Assembly (NCBI GenBank): GCA_020161295.1
Contig: JAIUOA010000007.1
Coordinates: forward strand, 24,612 to 88,611
Source of the DNA: Bacillota bacterium
GTDB taxonomy: Bacteria > Bacillota > Clostridia > Peptostreptococcales > Acidaminobacteraceae
DNA length: 64,000 nt
Direction: 5' to 3'
Shown: one piece after another, positions 1 to 9,615 of the stretch
How the letters are laid out: each line of letters opens with the position of its first letter
How positions within the stretch are numbered: position 1 is the stretch's first letter
Made by a program: the position numbers and the translations under genes
Notes under the pieces: generated by a model
What the model saw: the letters and a program-made list of their open reading frames with translations, nothing else
Database searches by the model: none
Told to the model about the DNA's origin: nothing

Positions 1-1754
1 GGATTCACCACAGCCTGTAGCATCTCATTTAGGGCTTCCACGCCCACACCCCCGCTTTTCACAGGGGAAAGCACCTGAATATCCTCCATGGGGTTCAGGT
101 TATAGTAATTCGGGAGGCGTTCGATAACCAGATTCCGAATTTCGTTTAGGATGTCCTCCGGCTTTTGCTTCGCGATAAAGAAGAAATCCTTATCGGGCTT
201 ATTTAAAATCGGCGCCTCGCCCCTATTAATCATATGCGCATTAACAGCGATCAACGACGCTTCGCTCTGTCTGTAAATCTCCGTTAATTTGATAGAGCTT
301 ACAAAATGGCTCTCTAGAAGGTCTTTTAAAACACTACCAGGTCCCACGGAAGGAAGCTGATCCGAATCTCCTACGAGAATTAGATGGGTGCCTAACGCCA
401 CAGCATCCAGTAAACGATACATGAGAACGATATCCACCATGGAAATCTCATCGATGATAAGGACATCTGTTTTTAGCGGGCTATCTGCATTTTTCTGGAA
501 ATTGTTTTCTCCTTGAGGGCCATTTCCCCCCTGAAATTCTAACAGGCGATGGATGGTTTTAGACTCCCTCTGTGTGGTCTCTGTCATCCGCTTCGCCGCG
601 CGACCGGTAGGCGCTGCTAACAGCACCTTTTTATCCAGTTTTTCAAAAGCATCGATGATGGCGTTGATAATCGTCGTCTTACCCGTACCAGGTCCGCCAG
701 TGATGACGAAAACACCACTTTCTAGCGAAAGTGAAATCGCTTCCTTTTGCTTCTCAGCCAAAAGGATCCCGCGGTTCTTTTGAAACTCATCTAGAAAGTA
801 ATTCATGTCATCAAACTTGAGCTGTGTGGCATGCTGCATCAACTGCGTAATCTTGCTGGCTACCTGCTGCTCACTATAAAAAAGACTCGGTAAATAGACC
901 GCTACATGTTCATCTGGTAGCATCTCCACATTCACCTGACCCGAAACCGCCATATGACTGAGCTGGAGCATCACCTCTTCCTCTTTCACGGAGAGCTCCT
1001 GTGCGGCGAGTTTTACCACACGCTCCTTCGTGACATAGGTATGACCGTTGGTCGCTTCCTTATTTAGCAAATACGTGATCCCCGAAGCGATGCGAAAGGG
1101 TGAATGAAAATCGATGCCCATCTTCATGGCGATTTGATCCGCCTGTCTGAAGCCGATCCCCACCATTTCATCCGCAAGCACATATGGATTCGTTTCGATG
1201 GTGCGTATGGCGTCATGTCCATAGCGTTTGTATAGCCGCATGGCCATGTTGATTGAGATATTCAAATGCTGGAAATACATGATAAAATCCCGTAGCTCGT
1301 ACTGTTCTTTATACGATTCGAGAATTTGTTCGAGCTTCTTAGGACCAATCCCGGGAATCGCCAGTAACTTATCGGGGGTATTCTGGAGGACCTCTAATGC
1401 GTCAGCACCAAATGCTTCGATAATCAAATGCGCTGTGGTTTCACCGATTCCTTTGATAATCCCTGATGCCAGATACCTATATATTTCATCTAGTTCAGTG
1501 GGTTTGATGTGCTCAGCCCACTCCACGTTCAGTTGCTCCCCATAAAAGTTATGCACTTCCAGCTTTCCAGACACGCGAAGCCGGTCGCCCTCTCTAATAA
1601 ATGGAATAGCGCCCTTTATGCTGACGAGATCATCACCTGCATCCAAGATGGCGATGACGTATCCGTTTTCTTCATTATAATAGATAATGTCATGCACGAT
1701 GCCTTCGTAGCCTATACGTGCTGTCCCATCCTCTTTATGCCATTCGTTTTTCAT
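1..1754 (-). CDS. recD2: RecD2-type ATP-dependent DNA helicase (N-terminal ~584 aa; 3' end lies outside the window)
   Basis: This ORF is absent from the ORF track because it is open at the window edge. My minus-strand translation from the ATG at 1754 reads MKNEWHKEDGT... The Walker A motif GVFVITGGPGTGKTT is encoded at 672-716, in frame with that ATG. Confidence 0.8.
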   Translation of the reverse strand, partial: MKNEWHKEDGTARIGYEGIVHDIIYYNEENGYVIAILDAGDDLVSIKGAIPFIREGDRLRVSGKLEVHNFYGEQLNVEWAEHIKPTELDEIYRYLASGIIKGIGETTAHLIIEAFGADALEVLQNTPDKLLAIPGIGPKKLEQILESYKEQYELRDFIMYFQHLNISINMAMRLYKRYGHDAIRTIETNPYVLADEMVGIGFRQADQIAMKMGIDFHSPFRIASGITYLLNKEATNGHTYVTKERVVKLAAQELSVKEEEVMLQLSHMAVSGQVNVEMLPDEHVAVYLPSLFYSEQQVASKITQLMQHATQLKFDDMNYFLDEFQKNRGILLAEKQKEAISLSLESGVFVITGGPGTGKTTIINAIIDAFEKLDKKVLLAAPTGRAAKRMTETTQRESKTIHRLLEFQGGNGPQGENNFQKNADSPLKTDVLIIDEISMVDIVLMYRLLDAVALGTHLILVGDSDQLPSVGPGSVLKDLLESHFVSSIKLTEIYRQSEASLIAVNAHMINRGEAPILNKPDKDFFFIAKQKPEDILNEIRNLVIERLPNYYNLNPMEDIQVLSPVKSGGVGVEALNEMLQAVVN

Positions 1755-1820
1755 CGCGTCGCCTCTCGTCAAAGTTCCCTTTATAGTTTAACCCCAAATG
1801 GAATATTATGGAAGTTGTAT

Positions 1821-2228
1821 TTATCGTATGGCCAGTATAATCACTGCGATGATCATCACCCAGATGATTACGATAGGGATGCTGTAGGTCCAATGCTTTG
1901 GCTTCCCATTGTCCCAAAGGTGTTCTGAGGCTATTTGACATTCGTCCAGCACCTCTTTTGGGATGAATTTAATGGCCAACCCCGCTAACAGGGGCAATAT
2001 GATTAGATCATCCAAATACCCGAGAACGGGTATAAAATCGGGTATAAGATCGATGGGTGAAAGCGCGTAAATAACCGTGGCTCCGGCTAGAATTTTCGCA
2101 TGCCATGGCGTATTCGGATGCTTTAGCGCAAGTGCGAGTGCTGGTAATAGACGCTTCAGCGCATTTGCCTTACTCTTTAATGATTCCATCATCGACGACA
2201 TCCTCCAATCATATGCATCACTACCCAT
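1821..2228 (-). CDS. DUF1232 (YkvA-like) membrane protein
   Basis: 135-aa ORF containing ALSPIDLIPDFIPVLGYLDDLIILPL, which is typical of DUF1232, plus a C-terminal TM segment. Confidence 0.6.
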   Translation of the reverse strand: MGSDAYDWRMSSMMESLKSKANALKRLLPALALALKHPNTPWHAKILAGATVIYALSPIDLIPDFIPVLGYLDDLIILPLLAGLAIKFIPKEVLDECQIASEHLWDNGKPKHWTYSIPIVIIWVMIIAVIILAIR

Positions 2229-2294
2229 TAATCTTAACGAATTTTAGCCATAATAACAACCAAGGAATAAGAAAAAGGTCTTTATACGGCCACG

Positions 2295-2322
2295 AAAAAA
2301 AGGATGCACAAATGTGCATCCT
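2295..2322 (-). terminator. Intrinsic terminator downstream of metK
   Basis: Minus-strand hairpin AGGATGCACA/TGTGCATCCT followed by T7. Confidence 0.6.
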
Positions 2323-2363
2323 TAATTTTATAGTTGATACCCTCCAAAGCGATGTGCTTTAGA

Positions 2364-3557
2364 TTATGCGCCAAACGCTTCTTTACGAAGGATTTCAGCT
2401 TTGTCAGTTTTCTCCCATGGAAGGTCGATATCTGTTCTGCCGAAGTGTCCGTAAGCAGCCGTTTGTCTGTAGATCGGTCTTCTAAGGCCAAGATCTCTGA
2501 TGATAGCGCCTGGTCTAAGGTCAAAGTGCTTTTCAACTAAATCGCTGATTAAGTCTTCTGAAACCTTAGCAGTTCCAAATGTCTCAACAAGGATTGAAAC
2601 TGGGTGTGCTACGCCGATTGCGTATGCAAGCTCGATTTCACACTTCGTCGCGAGGCCAGCTGCAACCACGTTTTTAGCAACGTATCTTGCTGCATAAGCT
2701 GCTGAACGGTCAACCTTTGTAGGGTCTTTGCCCGAGAATGCGCCGCCGCCATGTCTTGCGTATCCGCCGTAAGTGTCAACGATGATTTTTCTTCCAGTTA
2801 GACCAGCGTCGCCTTGAGGACCACCGATTACGAAACGGCCTGTTGGGTTGACGAGGATTCTAGTATTTACGAAGAGTTCCGCTGGGATCACAGGCTTGAT
2901 GACGTGCTCGATCAAATCTGCTTCAATTTGCTCTCTCTTAACTTTTGAGCTGTGTTGTGTAGAAATTAATACGGTATCGATTCTGCATGGTCTACCATTT
3001 TCATCGTATTCTACAGTCACTTGTGTCTTACCATCAGGTCTGAGGTAAGAAAGCGTATCGTCTTTTCTCACTTCTGAAAGTCTTCTTGCAAGCTTGTGAG
3101 CAAGTGAGATTGGAAGTGGCATAAGTTCTGGTGTTTCATCACATGCGAAACCGAACATGATCCCTTGGTCGCCAGCGCCAACTGCTTCTACATCATCCTT
3201 CATAGAGCCTTCTTTGCTTTCGAGCGCTTGGTCAACACCCATTGCGATGTCGTCAGACTGCTTATCGATGGCTACGAGAACGCCACAAGTGTCGCCATCG
3301 AATCCATATTTTGCTCTAGTATAGCCGATTTCTTTAACGGTTTTTCTAACGATTCCCTGAATGTCTACATAGCAGTTCGTCGTGATTTCGCCAGCGATGA
3401 GCACCAACCCTGTTGTTACAGAGGTTTCGCATGCAACACGGGCATAAGGATCTTGCTCGAAAATCGCATCCAAGATCGAATCGGAAATTTGGTCACAGAT
3501 CTTGTCTGGGTGACCTTCAGTAACAGACTCTGAAGTAAATAGTCTTTTTCTTGACAT
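2364..3557 (-). CDS. metK: S-adenosylmethionine synthetase
   Basis: Contains [19 protein letters not shown] and [16 protein letters not shown] motifs. I chose the ATG at 3557 because GGAGGTG lies 6 nt upstream, whereas the track start at 3572 overlaps that RBS. Confidence 0.95.
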   Translation of the reverse strand: MSRKRLFTSESVTEGHPDKICDQISDSILDAIFEQDPYARVACETSVTTGLVLIAGEITTNCYVDIQGIVRKTVKEIGYTRAKYGFDGDTCGVLVAIDKQSDDIAMGVDQALESKEGSMKDDVEAVGAGDQGIMFGFACDETPELMPLPISLAHKLARRLSEVRKDDTLSYLRPDGKTQVTVEYDENGRPCRIDTVLISTQHSSKVKREQIEADLIEHVIKPVIPAELFVNTRILVNPTGRFVIGGPQGDAGLTGRKIIVDTYGGYARHGGGAFSGKDPTKVDRSAAYAARYVAKNVVAAGLATKCEIELAYAIGVAHPVSILVETFGTAKVSEDLISDLVEKHFDLRPGAIIRDLGLRRPIYRQTAAYGHFGRTDIDLPWEKTDKAEILRKEAFGA

Positions 3558-3631
3558 TAAATACACCTCCATTGTTTTAGTGCTGCATAAGCAGCTGAAT
3601 CCTTTTATCGCTATTGATGAATCGTAGGCAT

Positions 3632-3771
3632 AAAAAAACCTCTTCGCAAGAAGAGGGTGTATTCTTACAACCTCATCTTCCAGGTATCCGTACTACCCGT
3701 AGGATTTAGCACCGTGTATTACCGGTTGCTGGACTTCATAGGGCCTATTCCCTCCATCGCTCTTGATAAGG
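3632..3771 (-). promoter_or_regulatory. SAM-I (S-box) riboswitch with expression-platform terminator
   Basis: The minus strand reads CCTTATCAAGAGCGATGGAGGGAATAGGCCCTATGAAGTCCAGCAACCGGT...GTGCTAAATCC...GATGAGG. P1 pairs CCTTATC (3765-3771) with GATGAGG (3671-3677). The terminator CCTCTTC-GCAA-GAAGAGG plus T7 lies at 3632-3656. Confidence 0.85.
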
Positions 3772-3794
3772 ATTACTATTAAATTTACTTGACT

Positions 3795-3823
3795 ATAGTA
3801 TCATACCCCTCCATGGATTTCAA
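3795..3823 (-). promoter_or_regulatory. Sigma-A-type promoter for the S-box-metK transcript
   Basis: TTGAAA-17 nt-TACTAT on the minus strand, just upstream of the aptamer. Confidence 0.5.
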
Positions 3824-3868
3824 TCACAATTTTTATTAACATTATGAAATATTTTTTTCTCGTCAATC

Positions 3869-3897
3869 TTGACAATATTTCTCATTTTACATAAACT
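3869..3897 (+). promoter_or_regulatory. Candidate sigma-A promoter for the 64-aa gene
   Basis: TTGACA-17 nt-TAAACT. Confidence 0.4.
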
Positions 3898-3952
3898 GTT
3901 TCTATGTGACGACCGATATTATTAGTAGGTGACATGAAACATCGGAGGAACC

Positions 3953-4147
3953 ATGAATTACGTTGAAAGACTTGCCCTAGAGATCGAATCCCGAAAATCA
4001 CAGCTTAAAACATTGCGCGAGCGAAAAGCAGACTATGCCTGCAGTGAAATCGAACGCGAAATCGAGCAGCTAAAACACGAGCTGAACCGCTACCGTCATT
4101 ACGATGCCGTTAAAGTTCACCATATCTATGCAAAAAAAGACCAATAA
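3953..4147 (+). CDS. Small charged coiled-coil protein (64 aa), function unknown
   Basis: GGAGGAACC precedes the ATG. The gene has its own promoter-like element and terminator. The sequence is heptad-like and rich in E/R/K. Confidence 0.55.
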   Translation: MNYVERLALEIESRKSQLKTLRERKADYACSEIEREIEQLKHELNRYRHYDAVKVHHIYAKKDQ

Positions 4148-4162
4148 TTCAATTAAAAGTTT

Positions 4163-4197
4163 AAGGAGATATTGCTAAATGCAGTATCTCCTTTTTT
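4163..4197. terminator. Intrinsic terminator between convergent genes
   Basis: Hairpin AAGGAGATATTGC/GCAGTATCTCCTT followed by T6 on the plus strand. The flank on the minus strand is moderately U-rich. Confidence 0.65.
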
Positions 4198-4206
4198 CAT
4201 GCGAAA

Positions 4207-5340
4207 TCATTGATTCAAATAATCAAAAATCGAATCGAACCCACTGTTGATATAAGCATATAGAATCGGATCATCCGTTTTAAGCTCGCAAACGAAGTGA
4301 AGGCTATCCGCATAGGCGTTCTCTTCTACCAACGTGTGATCAATCGCCTCTAAATGCTGTTTATCAAAGGATGCGATGATGAGCTGACCCACGTCGGAGA
4401 AAAAATACATGGCGTAAATATCACCATTCAGATAATACGGATTTTGGGCTACGTGCCGGTTATTGGGGTTAAACTCGATGTAGAGCTGTCCTCCCGCATA
4501 ACGTTGCTTCATCATCTCCGGATTATTTTCTGAAAAACGTCGTTCAAAAAATTCGTCACGAACATGTGTGATAATCATGAATTCCGGTTTGTTTAAATTA
4601 AACGCCGCTTCAATGCTGCTCATCACGAGTGTTTCGCTACTTGAAAGTGCCGTCGCCTTTCGTGTTTTAGGATTGATGGAAACTTCGAACACCACAAGCT
4701 TGTATTTGTGCTCAAAATCGATGAGCGCTTCAGCGCGGTAAACATCAGTGCCACCTTTTCGATTTAATAAGGTCACCTGGTTCTTTATGAGCGTATAGGG
4801 TTCATCCAAAAGGGGCATATGAAACGCTTTTTCCGGAACATCCCACAACGCCAGCGTGGATGCAGGGTCTCTACCGACGAAACGCATAATCAGATAATTG
4901 ATGACATGAACCGCATTCTCCAGTGGAGGCGTTAACCTAAGCATCAGAGCCACTTTTTCCTCCGTGCTTAGGTCATCTCGCCACGACATGAACATCTCCA
5001 TATAAGCATCAAAATCCACATGAGATTCGACGCTATTTGGGTCCACCTCGTAGGCGCTCTTAAGGAGATATACCAGCTCTCTAAAGCTGATAGGTACAAA
5101 CTCGCCGCCAAGGCCACCCGTGACCCCTAGAATCAGATCCTCACACTCTTTTTTTATGGGTTCAGTGAGGTGATAGAAACCGTCTATGCCGTATACCTCA
5201 TAATCGAGGTGATAAATTTGGATGACTTTACGTCCAGCTTCGTCGTGCCAATGTGAGACCACCCCCACCACACCCATTAGACGTGTATTGGTGGCCTCAG
5301 CGTATTCAAAAGTGAGCTTAGCGGTTTTTATAGCATGCAT
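4207..5340 (-). CDS. Hypothetical cytoplasmic protein (377 aa), no family recognised
   Basis: Long ORF with no TM segment or signal peptide. Its ATG overlaps the pgcA stop codon (TAATG). Confidence 0.7.
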   Translation of the reverse strand: MHAIKTAKLTFEYAEATNTRLMGVVGVVSHWHDEAGRKVIQIYHLDYEVYGIDGFYHLTEPIKKECEDLILGVTGGLGGEFVPISFRELVYLLKSAYEVDPNSVESHVDFDAYMEMFMSWRDDLSTEEKVALMLRLTPPLENAVHVINYLIMRFVGRDPASTLALWDVPEKAFHMPLLDEPYTLIKNQVTLLNRKGGTDVYRAEALIDFEHKYKLVVFEVSINPKTRKATALSSSETLVMSSIEAAFNLNKPEFMIITHVRDEFFERRFSENNPEMMKQRYAGGQLYIEFNPNNRHVAQNPYYLNGDIYAMYFFSDVGQLIIASFDKQHLEAIDHTLVEENAYADSLHFVCELKTDDPILYAYINSGFDSIFDYLNQ

Positions 5341-7010
5341 TAGGACAGAACCTTATCGATCATAAGGGTTTTATAATAGTCCAGCTTCTGCTTCGCCTTA
5401 TCATAATCGCTATCGCAGATGGAGAAATAGATTTTAAGCTTCGGTTCAGTACCTGATGGTCTAAGAACCATCCAAGAATAATCGTCTAAGTAGAATTTAA
5501 TGACATCCGATTTTGGAAGGCCAGTTTCATCCTCTTTATAATCAATTTTACTTGCGTAGTTGAATATAGAAGCGGAATCCTCTCTAAAGCGCGTCATGAT
5601 GCGCTTCATCATTTCCCCGCCCTCTTTGCCCTCGAAGCTCTTCGATAGGGTTTCGTCTACATAATAGCCATGACGTTTAAAAATGCTATCCAACACTTCA
5701 GAGAGCGATAAACCCTTCTGCTTATAATACTCCGCCATTTCGATGGCGAGTAGTGTTCCCATAACAGCATCCTTATCACGTACATGCGGTGCAAAAAGAT
5801 AACCGTAGCTCTCTTCGTAACCCATGACGAAGTGGTGATCATCCATTTCGATTTGCTCACCGATAAACTTAAAGCCTGTGAGCGTTTTTTTCAGCGTCAC
5901 GCCATAATAGTCAGCCTGAGCCTTTGCTAAATCCGAGGAGACGATGGTGTTGACCACATAGTGCTTCTCCGTAAGGTCTTTTCGTGCAGATAATACATAT
6001 TCTAAGAATAACGAACCAATTTGGTTTCCATTAAGTGCTTTATAGCGTGTGCCTTCTTTAATCATCATACCGATGCGGTCGCAGTCGGGATCTGTGGCGA
6101 CGATTAAGTCTGCACCGAACTTTTCAGCCACAGGCAGTGCCACTTCAAAGGCTTCTACAGATTCTGGGTTAGGCTGATTACAAGTTGGGAATTCACCATC
6201 TGGTTCCATTTGCTCTTCCACAGGGATAAGGCCTGAGAACGACATCTCTTTCAGCACTCTGGAAATCGTATGTCCTCCTGTACCATGTAGTGGCGTGTAT
6301 ACCACTTTTAGTTCGGAATCCTTTAAGAGTTCTGGGCGAATGGAAACGCGCTTCACCATTTCTACATAAGGCAAGTCCACTTCTTCGCTGATGATTTTTA
6401 AAAGCTTCGCTTGAGCGGCATCTTTACGGTCCATGATTTTCACCATGGTAAAGTCAGTGATGCGTTCAACATGTTCCACTAAAGCATCCGCAAGATGGGG
6501 TACTAGCTGACATCCAGTTTCGTCGTAGACTTTATAACCGTTATATTCAGGTGGGTTGTGGCTTGCAGTGATCATGACACCGCCCATGCATTTTAATTCT
6601 CTCACCGCAAATGAAAGCTCAGGTGTGGTACGCACATCCTCGAAGACATAGGCGAGGATGCCATTAGCCGCCATGACACGTGCGGTCTCCATGGCAAACT
6701 CGTTTGATAATCTTCTCGAATCATAGGCGATCACCACCGCTTGATTAACGGTGTCCCCTAAAACAGTTGTTTTTCTTTCCAAAAGGAAATTGACAAACCC
6801 TTGGGTGGCTTTTCTCACCACATAGCCGTTGATGCGATTTCTGCCAGCGCCGATAATTCCGCGCATACCAGCAGTTCCAAACTCTAGGTCTTTATAAAAA
6901 CGATCCTCAATCTCTGCGTCTTGTCCTTTGATGGATTCAAGCTCTGCTTTAAACGCATCATCAAACAAAGGATTATTGAGCCATTCAAGGTATTTTTCGT
7001 GGGCGTTCAT
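5340..7010 (-). CDS. pgcA: Phosphoglucomutase/phosphomannomutase (alpha-D-phosphohexomutase)
   Basis: Active-site loop TASHNPPEYNGYKV and metal loop ATDPDCDR. 556 aa, with a GGAG RBS. Confidence 0.9.
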   Translation of the reverse strand: MNAHEKYLEWLNNPLFDDAFKAELESIKGQDAEIEDRFYKDLEFGTAGMRGIIGAGRNRINGYVVRKATQGFVNFLLERKTTVLGDTVNQAVVIAYDSRRLSNEFAMETARVMAANGILAYVFEDVRTTPELSFAVRELKCMGGVMITASHNPPEYNGYKVYDETGCQLVPHLADALVEHVERITDFTMVKIMDRKDAAQAKLLKIISEEVDLPYVEMVKRVSIRPELLKDSELKVVYTPLHGTGGHTISRVLKEMSFSGLIPVEEQMEPDGEFPTCNQPNPESVEAFEVALPVAEKFGADLIVATDPDCDRIGMMIKEGTRYKALNGNQIGSLFLEYVLSARKDLTEKHYVVNTIVSSDLAKAQADYYGVTLKKTLTGFKFIGEQIEMDDHHFVMGYEESYGYLFAPHVRDKDAVMGTLLAIEMAEYYKQKGLSLSEVLDSIFKRHGYYVDETLSKSFEGKEGGEMMKRIMTRFREDSASIFNYASKIDYKEDETGLPKSDVIKFYLDDYSWMVLRPSGTEPKLKIYFSICDSDYDKAKQKLDYYKTLMIDKVLS

Positions 7011-7056
7011 TATTTTCTCCTTTCACTCCCTTAACTTTTCATCATTTTACCATAGT

Positions 7057-8304
7057 TCAGTTCGCTTTTCCACCGTCCATGAGCCCACGCATAAGAATCG
7101 TTGCCACATGGATCAGTAAATCGTTTTTGAGCTTCTGAGGAAACAGCAAGACACTTTTCCCAGGCAGTGCGGCGATAATCCGTTTCACGATTTCATCCTG
7201 TTTGCTAATGTAGACGGGCATTTGAGAAAGATAGTGCGTATTTACCCTTTTTATCAGCGATTCATACGTCATGATTTCGAAACGGTCGATCCCTGCTTCT
7301 TCAGCAAGGAACTCGTAATAGCGCAGTAGCAGCTCTGAATAGGAACGGTCCTTATCGACTTTTAACAGATCTGCCATCAGCGGAATGATGGTTTCGAAAA
7401 GCACCCTTTGATTCATCCGCCCAAGTCCTAGAAACTTCGCCGCTTCCTCAAGCGTTTCTGGATTTAAGTCTAAAAACGTCTGTAAAATCCTTTTTTCATC
7501 GATGAGGTTCTTAATATAATAACGCGTGCCATGAAGCTTTTTCATAACGCGCATCGTATCGTAATAACCGAGCTTAATATTGTGGGCTGCTCTCACCGGA
7601 TCGATCTCCAGTAGCTTGCCTAAATCTTCTGAAGGCATGATGGTGATGACCTTTGACTGGTCAGCTTTTTTAATGCGTCTAGTGATGCCGAACCCGCCGA
7701 TGCGTATGGCGATCACTTCATCACAGCCCTTTGCTAATAACATATTGATGGGAAGGTTATCAAAAAATGCCCCGTCGATGAAACGTTTGTGATCGATACG
7801 CTCGTCTTTGAATACGGGGACATTGGCACTAGCGATGATGTAATCGTGAAGCTCGCCCTGTGGTATGTTCTCGATAAAGACCTCGACAGGTTTTAAGTCC
7901 GTAATAGAAACCGTGACGAGGCCATAGCCGATGGGGGCGTTTCTGAGGCGTTCTTCGTCGATATAGATGCGTAGCTTCGCTTTGAAGGGGGTGATGTCGA
8001 TGCCACCTTGCTTTAATGTATCACTGATAAACTGCTTGATTCTTGACTGGTCAGACCTAAAATCCAAGTTGACGATTTTTCGGAGTACGTCAGGATCGCC
8101 TGCCATCATGTCCTTCGCCTCGGAGCTGAGCCAAATTTGTTCGAGCTGATCGATTTGGTCCAGTGCGATAAATGCCCCATTTACAGCGCCGATGGACGTG
8201 CCTGCGACGACCTCATAGGTGATGCCCAGTTCCTTTAAGGCATTAATCGCTCCGACGTGAAAGGAACCCTTTGCGCCGCCACCTTCTAATGCTATACCTC
8301 TCAT
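7057..8304 (-). CDS. Patatin-like phospholipase with an extra C-terminal region of about 130 aa
   Basis: Contains GGGAKGSFHVGAI (oxyanion hole), GTSIGAVNG (GxSxG) and DGAF (catalytic Asp). I chose the ATG at 8304 because GGAGG lies 6 nt upstream; the track start at 8325 is a TTG. Confidence 0.85.
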   Translation of the reverse strand: MRGIALEGGGAKGSFHVGAINALKELGITYEVVAGTSIGAVNGAFIALDQIDQLEQIWLSSEAKDMMAGDPDVLRKIVNLDFRSDQSRIKQFISDTLKQGGIDITPFKAKLRIYIDEERLRNAPIGYGLVTVSITDLKPVEVFIENIPQGELHDYIIASANVPVFKDERIDHKRFIDGAFFDNLPINMLLAKGCDEVIAIRIGGFGITRRIKKADQSKVITIMPSEDLGKLLEIDPVRAAHNIKLGYYDTMRVMKKLHGTRYYIKNLIDEKRILQTFLDLNPETLEEAAKFLGLGRMNQRVLFETIIPLMADLLKVDKDRSYSELLLRYYEFLAEEAGIDRFEIMTYESLIKRVNTHYLSQMPVYISKQDEIVKRIIAALPGKSVLLFPQKLKNDLLIHVATILMRGLMDGGKAN

Positions 8305-8351
8305 AGTTATCCTCCTATTGATCAATCACCCTATATATACCAACTCTTCGC

Positions 8352-8399
8352 ATAAATAAACCGCAGCTGCTGAAGGTTGATTCCTTCATCACTGCGGTT
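8352..8399 (-). terminator. Probable terminator after the flagellar rod operon
   Basis: Long imperfect hairpin AACCGCAG...CTGCGGTT followed by TTTATTTAT on the minus strand. Confidence 0.45.
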
Positions 8400-8418
8400 A
8401 AATTCTATCGAGATGTCA

Positions 8419-8769
8419 TTACTTGTCGTATGCTTTTAGCATATTTTGATAAATCATATCTGCGAGGCCAATTCCGCCACCCTTTGCAATCTTTTTCGCC
8501 ATTTCTTCGTCGAGCATGCCCTCGAAGGTTTCACGCGCTTGACTTTTTTCCACCAGTCCGCCTTCTTGGATGGTATTTCGCATGACCTTTAAAAGCGTGT
8601 TCACGAAATACGCCTCAAATTCTTGACTGGCTTCCTTCAGTTTGTCCAGATTCTTTTCACTGGCGGCTTTTTCAAGCGCCGTTTTAAAAGCGTCCGTTTC
8701 TACTGCGGTCTGTTTTTCTTCTATAGTGGTTTGGTAACCACCGCTCATTAGTGCGCTATCAATTTTCAT
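8419..8769 (-). CDS. Rod-binding protein (FlgJ N-terminal-domain-like, no muramidase domain)
   Basis: Contains EFEAYFVNTLLKVMR...GGGIGLADMIYQNM. Located immediately after the rod genes. Confidence 0.7.
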   Translation of the reverse strand: MKIDSALMSGGYQTTIEEKQTAVETDAFKTALEKAASEKNLDKLKEASQEFEAYFVNTLLKVMRNTIQEGGLVEKSQARETFEGMLDEEMAKKIAKGGGIGLADMIYQNMLKAYDK

Positions 8770-8808
8770 AAGGCACTCCTTTAGGAAATAGTTCGATTAC
8801 GCTATCGC

Positions 8809-9603
8809 TTAACGTTTGAGGTTGTTGGCGATCTCCAGCATCCTATCCGCCGTCTGGATGGATTTCGAGTTGATTTCGTAAGCGCGCTCAGCCGTGATAA
8901 GGTTGATCATCTCGTCCACGATTTGAACGTTACTGTTCTCGATAAAACCCTGCCACACTTCAGATTTGTCACCTTCCTGGATACCTTCGATGGCGACGCC
9001 TGACGCGCTCGATTCCTTATAAAGGTTCTTGCCCATGGCCTCTAGGCCAGCTGGGTTGACGAACTTGCTAAGTGAAAGCTGACCGACTTCCTCGTACTCT
9101 TCACCGCCATCGCGCTTCACGGTGATAAAGCCTTGGCTGTCCACGGCGATTTCAGATACATTAGCACCGAGGACGATATTACCATCGATGCCCTGAACAT
9201 AATAACCATCTGCTGTGACCAGCTGAGCACCTTCACCAGTGGTCGCGATTTTGAAGCTACCGTCTTTTGTATAGCGGATGTTGCCGTTCGTGTCGATGAC
9301 TTTAAAAAAGTGCTCGCCGCTAATGGCCATATCGGTTGGATTTTCAGTTTGTTGAAGGTTTCCTGTGGTAAAGTTTCTTAAAGTTGCAGAAACCATAACA
9401 CCATGACCGATCTCGATGGGTACTGGCTTACCTTCATCTTCTAGTTTATCCGAAGAGGTTAATCTTTCATACATGATGTCCTTGAACTCCACACGCTGTC
9501 CTTTAAAGCCGATGGTGTTAACGTTTGCGAGGTTGTTGGAAATCGTGTCTATTTTAAGTTGCAGGTTTTTCATGCCCGATGCTGCAGACCACATTGCTTT
9601 CAT
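8809..9603 (-). CDS. flgG: Flagellar basal-body rod protein FlgG (B. subtilis FlhP position)
   Basis: N-terminal SGMKNLQLKIDTISNNLANVNTIGFK and C-terminal VQIVDEMINLITAERAYEINSK. Confidence 0.85.
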   Translation of the reverse strand: MKAMWSAASGMKNLQLKIDTISNNLANVNTIGFKGQRVEFKDIMYERLTSSDKLEDEGKPVPIEIGHGVMVSATLRNFTTGNLQQTENPTDMAISGEHFFKVIDTNGNIRYTKDGSFKIATTGEGAQLVTADGYYVQGIDGNIVLGANVSEIAVDSQGFITVKRDGGEEYEEVGQLSLSKFVNPAGLEAMGKNLYKESSASGVAIEGIQEGDKSEVWQGFIENSNVQIVDEMINLITAERAYEINSKSIQTADRMLEIANNLKR

Positions 9604-9615
9604 GGGTTACGCCTC

